DNA of 64,000 nucleotides from an uncultured Oligoflexia bacterium. GTDB lineage: Bacteria > Bdellovibrionota > UBA1018 > CAYHWW01. This document shows, piece after piece, positions 18,810 through 28,005 of this stretch; the first letter of the stretch is position 1; each line of letters begins with the position of its first letter. Both the position numbers and the translations under genes were made by a program. The stretch lies in NCBI GenBank assembly GCA_964475985.1, contig CAYYYP010000011.1, positions 846 through 64,845 of the forward strand, in the 5' to 3' direction. Under the pieces are notes generated by a model. It was given only the letters and a program-made list of their open reading frames with translations, searched no databases and was not told where the DNA came from.

Positions 18810-21800
18810 TTACCCCTTTCTCTTCATGAACCGGCCTTTGAGATACTCTTTCATTGCCTGGTTTTCGTAAGTTGGTCTAAAGCCAAGAGATGCTGGCCTC
18901 CAAAGCCCTTCGCCGTTCATTCCGCCTTCTTCAGCTTTTGTGATGCGCACAAATGCCTCGCGAGGAGCTCCTACTGGACAGTGGATGTCTGGAGCGAAAC
19001 CTTTTTCGATTCCTTGTCCAAACATTCCCTTATGGACAAGGGTATCAGTCATGAGTGTAGGTCTAAGCCATGCGCGAGTAGCACTTTGGTGACTTCCGTA
19101 CCGGTACATCGACTGATAATTGGTTTCAGCACTTTTGGCTAAGCCGTCAGGACGGCTCTCTTGAGCCTTCACACTCCCAAAGGTCGCGCCATACATGTTA
19201 TGCCAGGTCCGTGCGATCCCTCGAGGAGTGCCAGGATAGTACCTGGCTCTGAGCATGAGTCTTGCGACTTTGTATTCTTCAGTGCCCTTTTTCCAATTCC
19301 GATAAGGTCTGTCTTCCGGATCAGCATCGATATAGACGTAATCTCCGTCTTGAATTCCAAGCTCTTTTGCATCCAGTGGATTGATATCCACATAGCCTTC
19401 AACGTTGGATGGCATCCTTTTATCGTGTCGATACACATCGCCAAACGGTCCAAACCAAATCGCAGTGTAATCGGTGTCAATTGGAGTGGAATGCGCTCCA
19501 TGCCGATACTTTGGAGTATGATAGACGTGAGTATGAAGCTTCAGTCGGAGCGGATGCTTTGAGGCTAGAACTTCATCCGTGGTCATCTGAACATTTCTTA
19601 CTTGTCTTGCTTCACAGGAAAGGTCGCTTGATTTTAAGCCATAATCCTCAGGCGTCTTAGGACGAATACCTTCGTGTTTTTGCCCCACAAGGACGTTGGG
19701 TTCATGCGGAGTGGAGTCAACTGGTTCACGGTAAACAACAATATTTTCTCCGCTGTCAATGAACTCCTGCTCAAATCGATAAAACTCAAGTCGCCCAGAT
19801 TTCGTATGCCAGGGCTGCTCGGATCGTGCTTGCTCATAAGAGGACACTCTCGGGTAGGTTCTTGAATTCATGATTGCAGGAATCCCTTGTTTTGCTTTAG
19901 CCTCAAGGTCTGCGATGTTGTAGCCCTTCAAAGTAAAGGAGTGATCAATGATCCTTTGCAAGTACTCTTCAACATTGTTTTCAAGGGCAAACTTCCAATA
20001 GTCCTTCATCCTAGAATCACCCACAACCTCTCCAAGACGCTTTGCCACGCCAGCGATGACTTCAATATCGCCTTGAGTGTCAAAGATTCTTGGGAGATCG
20101 GAGCGAGGAAAAATCTGCACAAATGGATTTGTGTACGACCCGCACATGTCGGGGTAACGAAATTCAGCCCAGCTATCGATGGCAAAAACTAGATCAGCGT
20201 ACTCACAAGAGCCTGTCCACCACCAATCGGAGTAAGCAATAAACTCGATCCGAGGAAGCGTGTTATTGACGACATCAAAGTGCCATTTGACGTTCCCGAT
20301 AACGGAGTTTGAATTGTTCAGCCACATGCTTTTCGTAGGCGCTGGAAGATGGCCTTTTCCGGTGAAAAGTTTATTACCCACTCGAAGAGGACGCTCTCCA
20401 TAGTTGAAATAATGGAGTGATTCGTAATGCGCATACTTCTTTAAGCTGATCTTGCCGCCTTTTTTAAGCTGCGGATTGAATGGGTCTTCTGCAATGTACA
20501 TTGGCTCGCCGCCAAACAGAGCTGACCGATAATTACCGGAAAAGCTACCCACGTTGCCCCCCGGAAATCCTACGTTTCTTGTCAATGCGCCTAAGAGAAA
20601 AAGTGCTCGGTCTTTAAGATCTGAGTTAAAAAACTGATTTGGCCCCATGCCACAAGCAATGATGGTTCCCTCTCTATTGGCTGCCATCTGCTCAGCAAGC
20701 GAGGTGATGGCTTTTTTCGGCGTACCTGTGATTTGAGAGGTCTGCTCGGGAGTAAAGTTCGCGTTCAAATATTCTTTCATGAGATTAAATACGGTGCGAA
20801 CCTTTACTTTTTTGCCATCAAGAAGTGTTACCTCACGGGCCGCAAAAAGATCGGCATGAACTTGTTTGCCTTTGTGATTTTTTCCATAGTCATCTCGGCT
20901 CACTGGAACAAGTTTTTTAGTCTTCTTGTCAATCACGACTGAAGACCTAAAATCACCTCTCATCGATTCTGGTGCAAATTGTGTTTTTTGCTCAAGAGGG
21001 GGAGGATTTGATTCTCCTTTTTTAATAAATTGAATGGACTCAAGCTCAGGCTCTTTAAATCCAGCGATCACTTCATCAGGGCGCAATGGTTGAAGAGTAT
21101 CCATCCGGACCAAAAAAGGTAGATCCGTACTCGTTTCCACAAAGTCACGGTCATAAAGATTCTTTGACATGATGACTTGAGCCATCCCCAGCGCAAAGGC
21201 TGGATCAGTGCCTGGACGAATGACAACCACTTCATCAGTCTTTGAAGCCGTTGCACTGTATTCCACGGTAATAGCAACAGTCTTTACACCCTTAAGCCTT
21301 GCCTCGGTTAACCAATGGGAATCGGGCATCTTGGTCGTAATCCAGTTCATGCCCCAGACCAGCACCAACTTTGCTCGCTCAACTGTAAAAAGATCAAAGT
21401 CATTACTTTGCTCACCAGTCACCATCGGATGCCCTGGCGGAAGATCGGTGTGCCAACTGAAACTATCCCAACCCCTAGCCCCCACCGCTTCATCAGGGCC
21501 AACACCACGGTTTTTTGAATCTAGTAGCGCCATCATGTTAGCAAAGCGATAAAGACCATAGAACCGTGTTGCACCAATGAAAGCCATCCCTCCACGGAAT
21601 TTGAGAGTCTGAGTGCCAGCTCCTTCCATCGCGTGAATCATGGATTCATCGTAGCCTTGAGTTTTTAAGAGCTTCGCGCCAGCTTCTCCCGAGTAGGTCT
21701 TGCTGATATTGGCAAAAGCTTTAGCAGCGTAATCGTAAGCATCCTCCCAACTCACTCTGAGCCACTTATCTTTTCCTCGTTGAAAGTATTTTTGATCAGG

Positions 21801-22295
21801 AGCTCCGGATACGGAGTCCCGAGGAAAGTCCGCTTCAACCCATTCTTTAAATCCGCGTCTGACCATTGGGGCCTTTACCCGACGATCGCCATAAAAACGT
21901 CTCACAAGTGCAAGCCCTTTTTGGCAGATCCTAGGGTCCCAGCGATGAGAAGCTTTATTGCCATAGAGGTCAGTTGCTTTTCCGTACCCGTAACTTGGCC
22001 CAATTCGGGCAACCACGCCGTTTTTCACATAGGATTTAAGTAGGCAATTGTGAGTGTCATTGGGCGCACATAGAAAAACAAAGCTTGAGTCGTAATCAAA
22101 AATATTCCGGTATGCTTTTTCCCAATCGCGATTGGGATAGAAGGCGAGAGGATTATCCACCTGTGTAGGCTTAAAGTACCGAATCGGCGCTCCAAAAAGC
22201 GTTCGACTGGAGAGCGCTGCACCAACTACAGCCATTCCTTGTAAGAATTTTCTGCGACCTTCGTTTGCTCCGCCATTGTTGCCTTCATCACTCAT
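18810..22295 (-). CDS. Tat-exported molybdopterin alpha subunit, periplasmic NXR/NAR-like (Nitrospira/anammox-type lineage)
   Basis: Tat motif GRRKFL, FS0 motif CAPNDTHNC...RICQKG, Mo-ligand region [21 protein letters not shown]. Confidence 0.88.
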   Translation of the reverse strand: MSDEGNNGGANEGRRKFLQGMAVVGAALSSRTLFGAPIRYFKPTQVDNPLAFYPNRDWEKAYRNIFDYDSSFVFLCAPNDTHNCLLKSYVKNGVVARIGPSYGYGKATDLYGNKASHRWDPRICQKGLALVRRFYGDRRVKAPMVRRGFKEWVEADFPRDSVSGAPDQKYFQRGKDKWLRVSWEDAYDYAAKAFANISKTYSGEAGAKLLKTQGYDESMIHAMEGAGTQTLKFRGGMAFIGATRFYGLYRFANMMALLDSKNRGVGPDEAVGARGWDSFSWHTDLPPGHPMVTGEQSNDFDLFTVERAKLVLVWGMNWITTKMPDSHWLTEARLKGVKTVAITVEYSATASKTDEVVVIRPGTDPAFALGMAQVIMSKNLYDRDFVETSTDLPFLVRMDTLQPLRPDEVIAGFKEPELESIQFIKKGESNPPPLEQKTQFAPESMRGDFRSSVVIDKKTKKLVPVSRDDYGKNHKGKQVHADLFAAREVTLLDGKKVKVRTVFNLMKEYLNANFTPEQTSQITGTPKKAITSLAEQMAANREGTIIACGMGPNQFFNSDLKDRALFLLGALTRNVGFPGGNVGSFSGNYRSALFGGEPMYIAEDPFNPQLKKGGKISLKKYAHYESLHYFNYGERPLRVGNKLFTGKGHLPAPTKSMWLNNSNSVIGNVKWHFDVVNNTLPRIEFIAYSDWWWTGSCEYADLVFAIDSWAEFRYPDMCGSYTNPFVQIFPRSDLPRIFDTQGDIEVIAGVAKRLGEVVGDSRMKDYWKFALENNVEEYLQRIIDHSFTLKGYNIADLEAKAKQGIPAIMNSRTYPRVSSYEQARSEQPWHTKSGRLEFYRFEQEFIDSGENIVVYREPVDSTPHEPNVLVGQKHEGIRPKTPEDYGLKSSDLSCEARQVRNVQMTTDEVLASKHPLRLKLHTHVYHTPKYRHGAHSTPIDTDYTAIWFGPFGDVYRHDKRMPSNVEGYVDINPLDAKELGIQDGDYVYIDADPEDRPYRNWKKGTEEYKVARLMLRARYYPGTPRGIARTWHNMYGATFGSVKAQESRPDGLAKSAETNYQSMYRYGSHQSATRAWLRPTLMTDTLVHKGMFGQGIEKGFAPDIHCPVGAPREAFVRITKAEEGGMNGEGLWRPASLGFRPTYENQAMKEYLKGRFMKRKG

Positions 22296-22339
22296 GTCTC
22301 TCGTCTCCTCATCACGTCTCTTAAGTCACGGCTCAAGTT

Positions 22340-22729
22340 TCATTTCGTCTCTTCTAATTCTTTTGATAAATCTTTTGCCTCTCCACTTGATTGCGAGAGG
22401 ACCCTCGTGCTTGGCCACTCCAGGCTCAAATTAGCTAGAATTGCGCCTCCCTGTCCCAGACGAAGTGCCGCTCGCCATCCGTTAGCGCGTGCTAACCAAA
22501 TGCCCTCGGCATCTGCTTCAAGAGAAAGCTCATTGCCATTCATTTGAACTCTGCACTTTGTCCCTGGAGTCATTGAAGATAGACTTCCTACAACAACCCA
22601 AGCGTCTTCTAACTTACGATCTTTTTCTTTATGCCAAGGCATGAGCTCTCGAAGTCTCTCAAGATCAATCTGATCGGTGAGGCTATGACCAAATCTTTGG
22701 AAAAAATCTCTCCTCGAGAGCCCACTCAT
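22340..22729 (-). CDS. Hypothetical protein with twin-arginine-like N-terminus
   Basis: MSGLSRRDFF; in operon with the molybdoenzyme. Confidence 0.65.
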   Translation of the reverse strand: MSGLSRRDFFQRFGHSLTDQIDLERLRELMPWHKEKDRKLEDAWVVVGSLSSMTPGTKCRVQMNGNELSLEADAEGIWLARANGWRAALRLGQGGAILANLSLEWPSTRVLSQSSGEAKDLSKELEETK

Positions 22730-23583
22730 GTTGAGCCTCCATAGACCGCAAGCGGGCTAGAGTCTTTGGCTAGGATTTCTGGGAACTTCTTTGCGAGCTC
22801 TTTACAAAAAGAATCATGAAGAAGTTTTCCGCCTGCTCCACAAAGCACCCCCTCATCGGTTTCAAGTCGGTAATAAAGAGCTCCCTCTGAAAAGCCATCG
22901 ATATGAAGGCAAACTCTCATCTTCTCAAAGCGCTTCGAGATCTCTTCCAACTCCTGAGTTAATTCTGAAGGCACGGGTCCATATTTTTTTAATGAGGTTG
23001 ATTTGGATGATCGCTCTCGAGAAACCACGCGAGGAACGGAGTAATTCTCGGCAAAGAGAACATCCACACACTCTTGATCCCCGTGACCTAAACTACGATG
23101 TCTTGCCAGGCGCTCCGTATCACCGGCCCCCATGATGAGGCCATCCAGCGCCTCGCGCCAGTAATCACAGCCAAAGCTCTTAAGAGCGGAGAGTGAGACA
23201 CATCCTTTTCTTTCAAGCACGAGCGCCTCGTTGTGAGAGCGCCATTGTCTTTGAAAACAAGGAATTTGAGTGCTCGCTAGGATTTCTGATAAATCCGAAG
23301 TCTCAAGACTTAAGCCTAAGAATCTAGAAACACTCACGCCGAGTTGCCGGCTATAATCGAAAACTTTTCTTAGAGCTTGATCTTGCAGCGCCTTTGGAAC
23401 CTTTGACAAAAGATCTAGTTCTCGGGCGGCTAAGGATTTATCTCCGATCGCCTCTGATTTGCCTTTTTCAATTAGAAGAGATTGAAGCGCCGAAAGTCTT
23501 GCCTTCTGCCAACGAAGGCCAAAGTCTTTCGCGTTAAACTCGGGATGCTCACAAACTCTGATGGATGTTGATTCTGCTTTCAT
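22726..23583 (-). CDS. Hypothetical Cys-containing protein of the molybdoenzyme operon
   Basis: 285 aa with 4-nt overlaps to both neighbours. Confidence 0.7.
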   Translation of the reverse strand: MKAESTSIRVCEHPEFNAKDFGLRWQKARLSALQSLLIEKGKSEAIGDKSLAARELDLLSKVPKALQDQALRKVFDYSRQLGVSVSRFLGLSLETSDLSEILASTQIPCFQRQWRSHNEALVLERKGCVSLSALKSFGCDYWREALDGLIMGAGDTERLARHRSLGHGDQECVDVLFAENYSVPRVVSRERSSKSTSLKKYGPVPSELTQELEEISKRFEKMRVCLHIDGFSEGALYYRLETDEGVLCGAGGKLLHDSFCKELAKKFPEILAKDSSPLAVYGGST

Positions 23584-23783
23584 AAGCTCTCAAATCTGCT
23601 GTGCGAAGCGCGTGCCAAGTTGTCTGCTCGCCGCAGATAGCCTTGTGTTGCCAAATAGAGGCGATCACAAGGCACAAAATGTCCCGTAAGCGAGACAGGA
23701 TTTCTCGTTTTGGAAAGTGGGACTTTCCAGAAGTGGAGAGCGGCAATTTCTAAAATCTGGTGCCGAAAATCTTCTCTTAGCAT
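23580..23783 (-). CDS. Small hypothetical protein, first gene of the molybdoenzyme operon
   Basis: 67 aa; GAGGA SD; ATGA overlap with the next gene. Confidence 0.5.
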   Translation of the reverse strand: MLREDFRHQILEIAALHFWKVPLSKTRNPVSLTGHFVPCDRLYLATQGYLRRADNLARASHSRFESL

Positions 23784-23817
23784 GTCCTCACGGTATCGCG
23801 AGGCTACGGACTTCAGG

Positions 23818-23833
23818 TATGATCTGGGTCATA
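23818..23833. promoter_or_regulatory. Crp/Fnr-type palindrome TATGA-N6-TCATA
   Basis: TATGATCTGGGTCATA between the divergent molybdoenzyme operon and the Crp/Fnr gene. Confidence 0.7.
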
Positions 23834-23849
23834 CCGATTCCGACATATT

Positions 23850-24608
23850 TTGCGTCAAATAGAGAGTAAGAAAATGAATGCTCATAACGAACGAGTTCAA
23901 AAAACAATCACAAGTGATCTGAGAAGTCTTAGGTGCACGGCAGGTCTACCTTCCGAAGTACAGGCACTTCTCGCCTCCGTTGCTGTGAAGCGAAGATTCA
24001 AAGCAAATGAGTACATCTGGGAGATGGGTGATCCTGGAGAGTTTTTAGCCATTGTGCAATCAGGGCTTGTCGAAGTGGCTCGCTATTCCAGCGCTGATGA
24101 AGAAATGGCGATGGGTGTGTTTGGCCCATCCGATGTGATTGGAATCTCTGCCGTTATGAAAAAGACAGTCTATCCGGGAAGTGCAAGAGTTATTGCTCCA
24201 GGATCAGAGCTGATTAAACTTTATCTAAGACCTGTTCTTCAGCGCAAAGATCCCATCATCGCGGAAGTCCATACCTGGATCAGAGAGATGATGCTTCTCC
24301 ATGAACAGGTCTTAAGAGATAAGATTGATATTTTAAACGCAGGAAGCGTTGAAAGCAAAGTTTTCGAGCTCTTCAATCATCTCATTAGAAGATTTGGAAA
24401 GCACGAATCTCACTTGCGTCATTTTATTCCCATTCAACTCACACGAGCTCAGGTTGGAAAGCTTACAGACGTTCGCGTTGAAACAATCATCAGACTTATA
24501 AGTCGGTGGCAAAAGCAAAAGCTCGTTCATTGGACAAAAGACGGGATTTTGATCGAAAACCTACCTCTACTTGAAAAAAGTTTAACTCGAAATAGAAGGC
24601 TAAAATGA
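23850..24608 (+). CDS. Crp/Fnr family transcriptional regulator (DNR/NnrR-like context)
   Basis: cNMP-binding-like domain and C-terminal HTH (LTRAQVGKLTDVRVETIIR); no FNR Cys cluster. Confidence 0.88.
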   Translation: MRQIESKKMNAHNERVQKTITSDLRSLRCTAGLPSEVQALLASVAVKRRFKANEYIWEMGDPGEFLAIVQSGLVEVARYSSADEEMAMGVFGPSDVIGISAVMKKTVYPGSARVIAPGSELIKLYLRPVLQRKDPIIAEVHTWIREMMLLHEQVLRDKIDILNAGSVESKVFELFNHLIRRFGKHESHLRHFIPIQLTRAQVGKLTDVRVETIIRLISRWQKQKLVHWTKDGILIENLPLLEKSLTRNRRLK

Positions 24609-25846
24609 AAGAAACCTTTTTTTCTAAAATCGATCCTTACCAAATCCTCTTTCCGCTAGGGCTTGCTCATGCCATTTTTGGGGGCTCGCTTTGGATTTTA
24701 TTTTCCTTAAAGCTTGCACCATACCCAGGCCCACTGCATGCGCATCACATGGTGGATGGATTTTTGCTTTCCTTTGCCGCAGGTTTTTTGCTGACCGCAA
24801 TTCCTAGGTTTACAGGCGCTGATCGCTCTTCGCCCACGGAGCTTATGATCGCTACTGCGCTTTCAGTTCTTTCCTTTTTTGAATCAAGGTCAATCGTAGC
24901 TTTTGGAATGCTTTTATTTCTTTCCACCTTTTTTGGAAGACGAATCAAAAAAAGAACGTTTTCGCCACCACCTCATTTTTTGTTTCTACCTATTGGCCTT
25001 TTGCTTGGGTTATCGGGATCGGCGCTTTTGTCTCTCGTGCAATTTGGCTTCATTGATGCCCGGTGTTTAACTGCAGCGCGTCTATTTCTCTATTATGGAA
25101 TGATGCTTTCTTTTCTCTTAGGCATCGGAGCAAAGCTCATTTCGGCACTCCTTGGATGGACAGCACCGCCTACGCATCGTATCGAGCCGCTAAACTCACT
25201 CAATCGTCCTCAAAAACTAAGCTCAAATAAGTGGGTCATTCCATCAACTCAAGGCGCGGTCTTTCTTTCAAGCTTTGCCATTGAACTTGCCGTTGCACCC
25301 GGAGTAGGAAGGGCGATTCGAGCCTCTTGTGCCACCTGGATAGGAATTCAAAATTGGAAGCTCTATAAAAAGCCGCAAGTGCAAGGAAAGCTTCCTTTTT
25401 GGCTTTGGATTTCGGCCTGGTTTTTAATCTCTGGTCTTTGGATTCACGCACTCTTCCCGTCTTTAGGTATCCATGCAGCGCATCTCATTTTTATCTCAGG
25501 CTTTGGATTGATTACGATGCTTGTTGCTTCAAGAGTGACGCTCGCCCATGGAGGTTATTCACTTGAACTTGAATCCAGATCCAAGATTTTTGCCACGACA
25601 AGCTTGCTCATTATCCTAGCCGCTTTAACAAGGGTAACTGCCGCCTGGACACCGACCTATTTCCAGCACTTGGCATATGCAGGAGCAGTTTGGGTCATTT
25701 CGATCTTGGGTTGGAGCGCTTTCTTTTTACCGAAAATCCTCTTTCATTCGACCCATATTTTCTCATTTAGGAAAACCTGGAGCAAATACAGACGCTGTGT
25801 TTGCGGAAAGAAGCATCATCATGGAACACAAGACGCGCAAATCTAA
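24605..25846 (+). CDS. nnrS: NnrS family membrane protein (NO response)
   Basis: HAHHMVDGF...F..GFLLTAIPRFTG, H..FISGFG, SRVTLAHGG. Confidence 0.85.
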   Translation: MKETFFSKIDPYQILFPLGLAHAIFGGSLWILFSLKLAPYPGPLHAHHMVDGFLLSFAAGFLLTAIPRFTGADRSSPTELMIATALSVLSFFESRSIVAFGMLLFLSTFFGRRIKKRTFSPPPHFLFLPIGLLLGLSGSALLSLVQFGFIDARCLTAARLFLYYGMMLSFLLGIGAKLISALLGWTAPPTHRIEPLNSLNRPQKLSSNKWVIPSTQGAVFLSSFAIELAVAPGVGRAIRASCATWIGIQNWKLYKKPQVQGKLPFWLWISAWFLISGLWIHALFPSLGIHAAHLIFISGFGLITMLVASRVTLAHGGYSLELESRSKIFATTSLLIILAALTRVTAAWTPTYFQHLAYAGAVWVISILGWSAFFLPKILFHSTHIFSFRKTWSKYRRCVCGKKHHHGTQDAQI

Positions 25847-26252
25847 ACCTCCTCTCATTTATTCCTGCTCAGGCTGCTCCAGTGCCGCACAGCTCGCTAA
25901 TAACCTTGCCATTAAGGCAGATCGCGAGGGATTAGCCGAGATGTCTTGCATTGCAGGCGTCGGAGGAGATGTTCCATCCTTAATCAGAGTCGCAAAATCA
26001 GGCCGCCCGATTGTAGCCATTGACGGTTGTCCGCTTCGTTGTGCCGAAAGCTGCTTAAAAAGGCATGGTGTCACACCTTCGGTTCATTTTACGCTGTCAG
26101 ATTTTCAGATTAAAAAGACCTTTCATCAAGAATTTGCTCCGAACGATTCAGAGAAGGTTTATTCAGAGATTAAGCCTAAAATCGAAGCGCTGCGCTCCCA
26201 AGAAGAAGACAAAGAAGAGGGCTCGGATTCGGAAGATCAGGAGGGATCTTAA
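25821..26252 (+). CDS. DGC-domain putative zinc-binding protein; start moved to MEHKTR
   Basis: YSCSGCS, MSCIAGVG, IDGCPLRCA. Confidence 0.85.
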   Translation: MEHKTRKSKPPLIYSCSGCSSAAQLANNLAIKADREGLAEMSCIAGVGGDVPSLIRVAKSGRPIVAIDGCPLRCAESCLKRHGVTPSVHFTLSDFQIKKTFHQEFAPNDSEKVYSEIKPKIEALRSQEEDKEEGSDSEDQEGS

Positions 26253-26253
26253 T

Positions 26254-27033
26254 GTGAATCCTTCTTTCCCAGGTGCCGCTTTTTGCCCCATCATTTATGG
26301 TCCCGTGCAAAGTCGAAGGCACGGAAGATCTCTCGGAGTGAATCTAGGGATTCCTCATCAAAAGATCTGCACCTGGGGCTGCATTTATTGCCAATGTGGA
26401 ATGGGCGAAAGAAGAGAGATTAAGCCCACCGAACGGACTGTCTCAGCAGAAGAGATTATTTCTTTAATTGAAATTGCTCTAAAAAGAGATCCCAAGATCG
26501 ATTCGATCACTTTTGCTGGAAATACCGAACCAACAGCGCACCCTGGTTTTCTTGAAATTATTCAAAGTGTTTTGAAACTGAGGAGGGATCTTCAAGGCCA
26601 GTGGATCATCAATTGCCTCACTAATGGCTCGGAACTGGATCGACCCAAAGTCTTAGAAGCATGCGCTCTATTAGATGACACATGGACAAAGCTCGATTGT
26701 GGGATTGACGACCTTTTTCAAAGACTCAATCGCCCTCTTTCTCGAATTGGTGGGATTAGAGGACACGTTGAAAGAATCAAAAAGCTGAAAGCAATTTCCA
26801 TTCAAACTTTAGTGTGGCGCTCGGATGAAAACCCACAGCTATCCAATTGGACCAATGGAAATAGGAATGCTCTTCTTGAAATCTACTCTGAGCTTAAACC
26901 AAGAAAGATTCACCTAACCACGATTGCTAGAAATCCTGCTGTACCAACGCTAAAGGCCGTACCTAAAAGTGAACTCCTGGAATTTTCGGCTCAGGTAAAA
27001 GGACATGGGCTCGCTCTTGAGGTCTTTGAATGA
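26254..27033 (+). CDS. Radical SAM protein (COG0731-like); probable GTG start
   Basis: YGPVQSRR.GRSLGVNL, CTWGCIYC, ITFAGNTEPT.HP. Confidence 0.85.
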   Translation: MNPSFPGAAFCPIIYGPVQSRRHGRSLGVNLGIPHQKICTWGCIYCQCGMGERREIKPTERTVSAEEIISLIEIALKRDPKIDSITFAGNTEPTAHPGFLEIIQSVLKLRRDLQGQWIINCLTNGSELDRPKVLEACALLDDTWTKLDCGIDDLFQRLNRPLSRIGGIRGHVERIKKLKAISIQTLVWRSDENPQLSNWTNGNRNALLEIYSELKPRKIHLTTIARNPAVPTLKAVPKSELLEFSAQVKGHGLALEVFE

Positions 27034-27947
27034 CAAAGACCCTCGTTTCACCCAAGTTTCATCTCAGCGCCTTACGAGATGAAAAAACTATTTCGGTCTT
27101 TGGGGTGCTTTTTTATTGGACGCTTCTAAATTACTACCACTTACTAAAAATAGAACACTTTGTCGTGGGACTACTTACAGTGATTCTTTTCTGGGGGGGT
27201 GAGAAGCTTTCCAAATGGCGGGCACTTGTATTTCCCCTCCTTCTGACGGGTATGGTCTATGATAGTCAACGCCTCTATAGCGATCTTCTTCGAGGGACTA
27301 TTCACGTCGTAGAACCATATCGATTTGATCGATACTTTTTTGGAATAAGGTCGGCAAATCAGATCGTAACTCCCAATGAATGGTGGCAGCTTCATCTTCA
27401 TTCACTTTTAGATTTTCTATGTGGATTTGCGTATCTTATTTTTATCCCTGAATTTTTCTTAGTCGTATTTTATTTTCTCTTTTGCTTGGGAGAAAGGGAA
27501 TCAAAGCTTGCCCGCCAAATGAGTTGGGGATTTTTTTGGCTCAATGCTTTAGGCTACAGCACTTATTACTGGTACGCGGCTGCTCCACCTTGGTATGTCG
27601 CTGAACATGGCTTTGGTCCCGCAGATCTGACTACATCAGCTAGTCTTGGCGGCTGCCTCAGGTTTGATCAAATCATTGGGCTTCCCATTTTTAAAACCTG
27701 GTATGGACACTCTGCTGATGTTTTTGGCGCGATTCCATCTTTGCATGTGGCTTATCCGTTCTTAGCCTTCATCTACGCACTGAAAGTAAAGAAGCTTCGC
27801 ATTTGGAGTCTATTCTTTTTCGTTTTGGTATCGTTTTCAGCTGTCTATCTCAATCACCACTACATCCTCGATATTCTCTGGGGTACAGCTTACGCTGTCA
27901 TCATTGGGTTTATGCCTGAGGTACTGAGTCGCTGCAGGGGCACGTAG
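27030..27947 (+). CDS. PAP2 superfamily, Aur1/IPC-synthase-like membrane phosphotransferase
   Basis: AAPPWY, FGAIPSLHVAYP, VYLNHHYILD. Confidence 0.8.
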   Translation: MTKTLVSPKFHLSALRDEKTISVFGVLFYWTLLNYYHLLKIEHFVVGLLTVILFWGGEKLSKWRALVFPLLLTGMVYDSQRLYSDLLRGTIHVVEPYRFDRYFFGIRSANQIVTPNEWWQLHLHSLLDFLCGFAYLIFIPEFFLVVFYFLFCLGERESKLARQMSWGFFWLNALGYSTYYWYAAAPPWYVAEHGFGPADLTTSASLGGCLRFDQIIGLPIFKTWYGHSADVFGAIPSLHVAYPFLAFIYALKVKKLRIWSLFFFVLVSFSAVYLNHHYILDILWGTAYAVIIGFMPEVLSRCRGT

Positions 27948-28005
27948 TGATTCGACTTCTCTCAGTTTTTAATCTTTTATCGAGAATATTTTTTCGACAG
28001 CAAAA

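Noticed and set aside
18810-22295. Calling the host a nitrite oxidiser
   Set aside because: Enzyme direction cannot be read from sequence, and the context (NirK, NnrS, Crp/Fnr box) points towards reduction.
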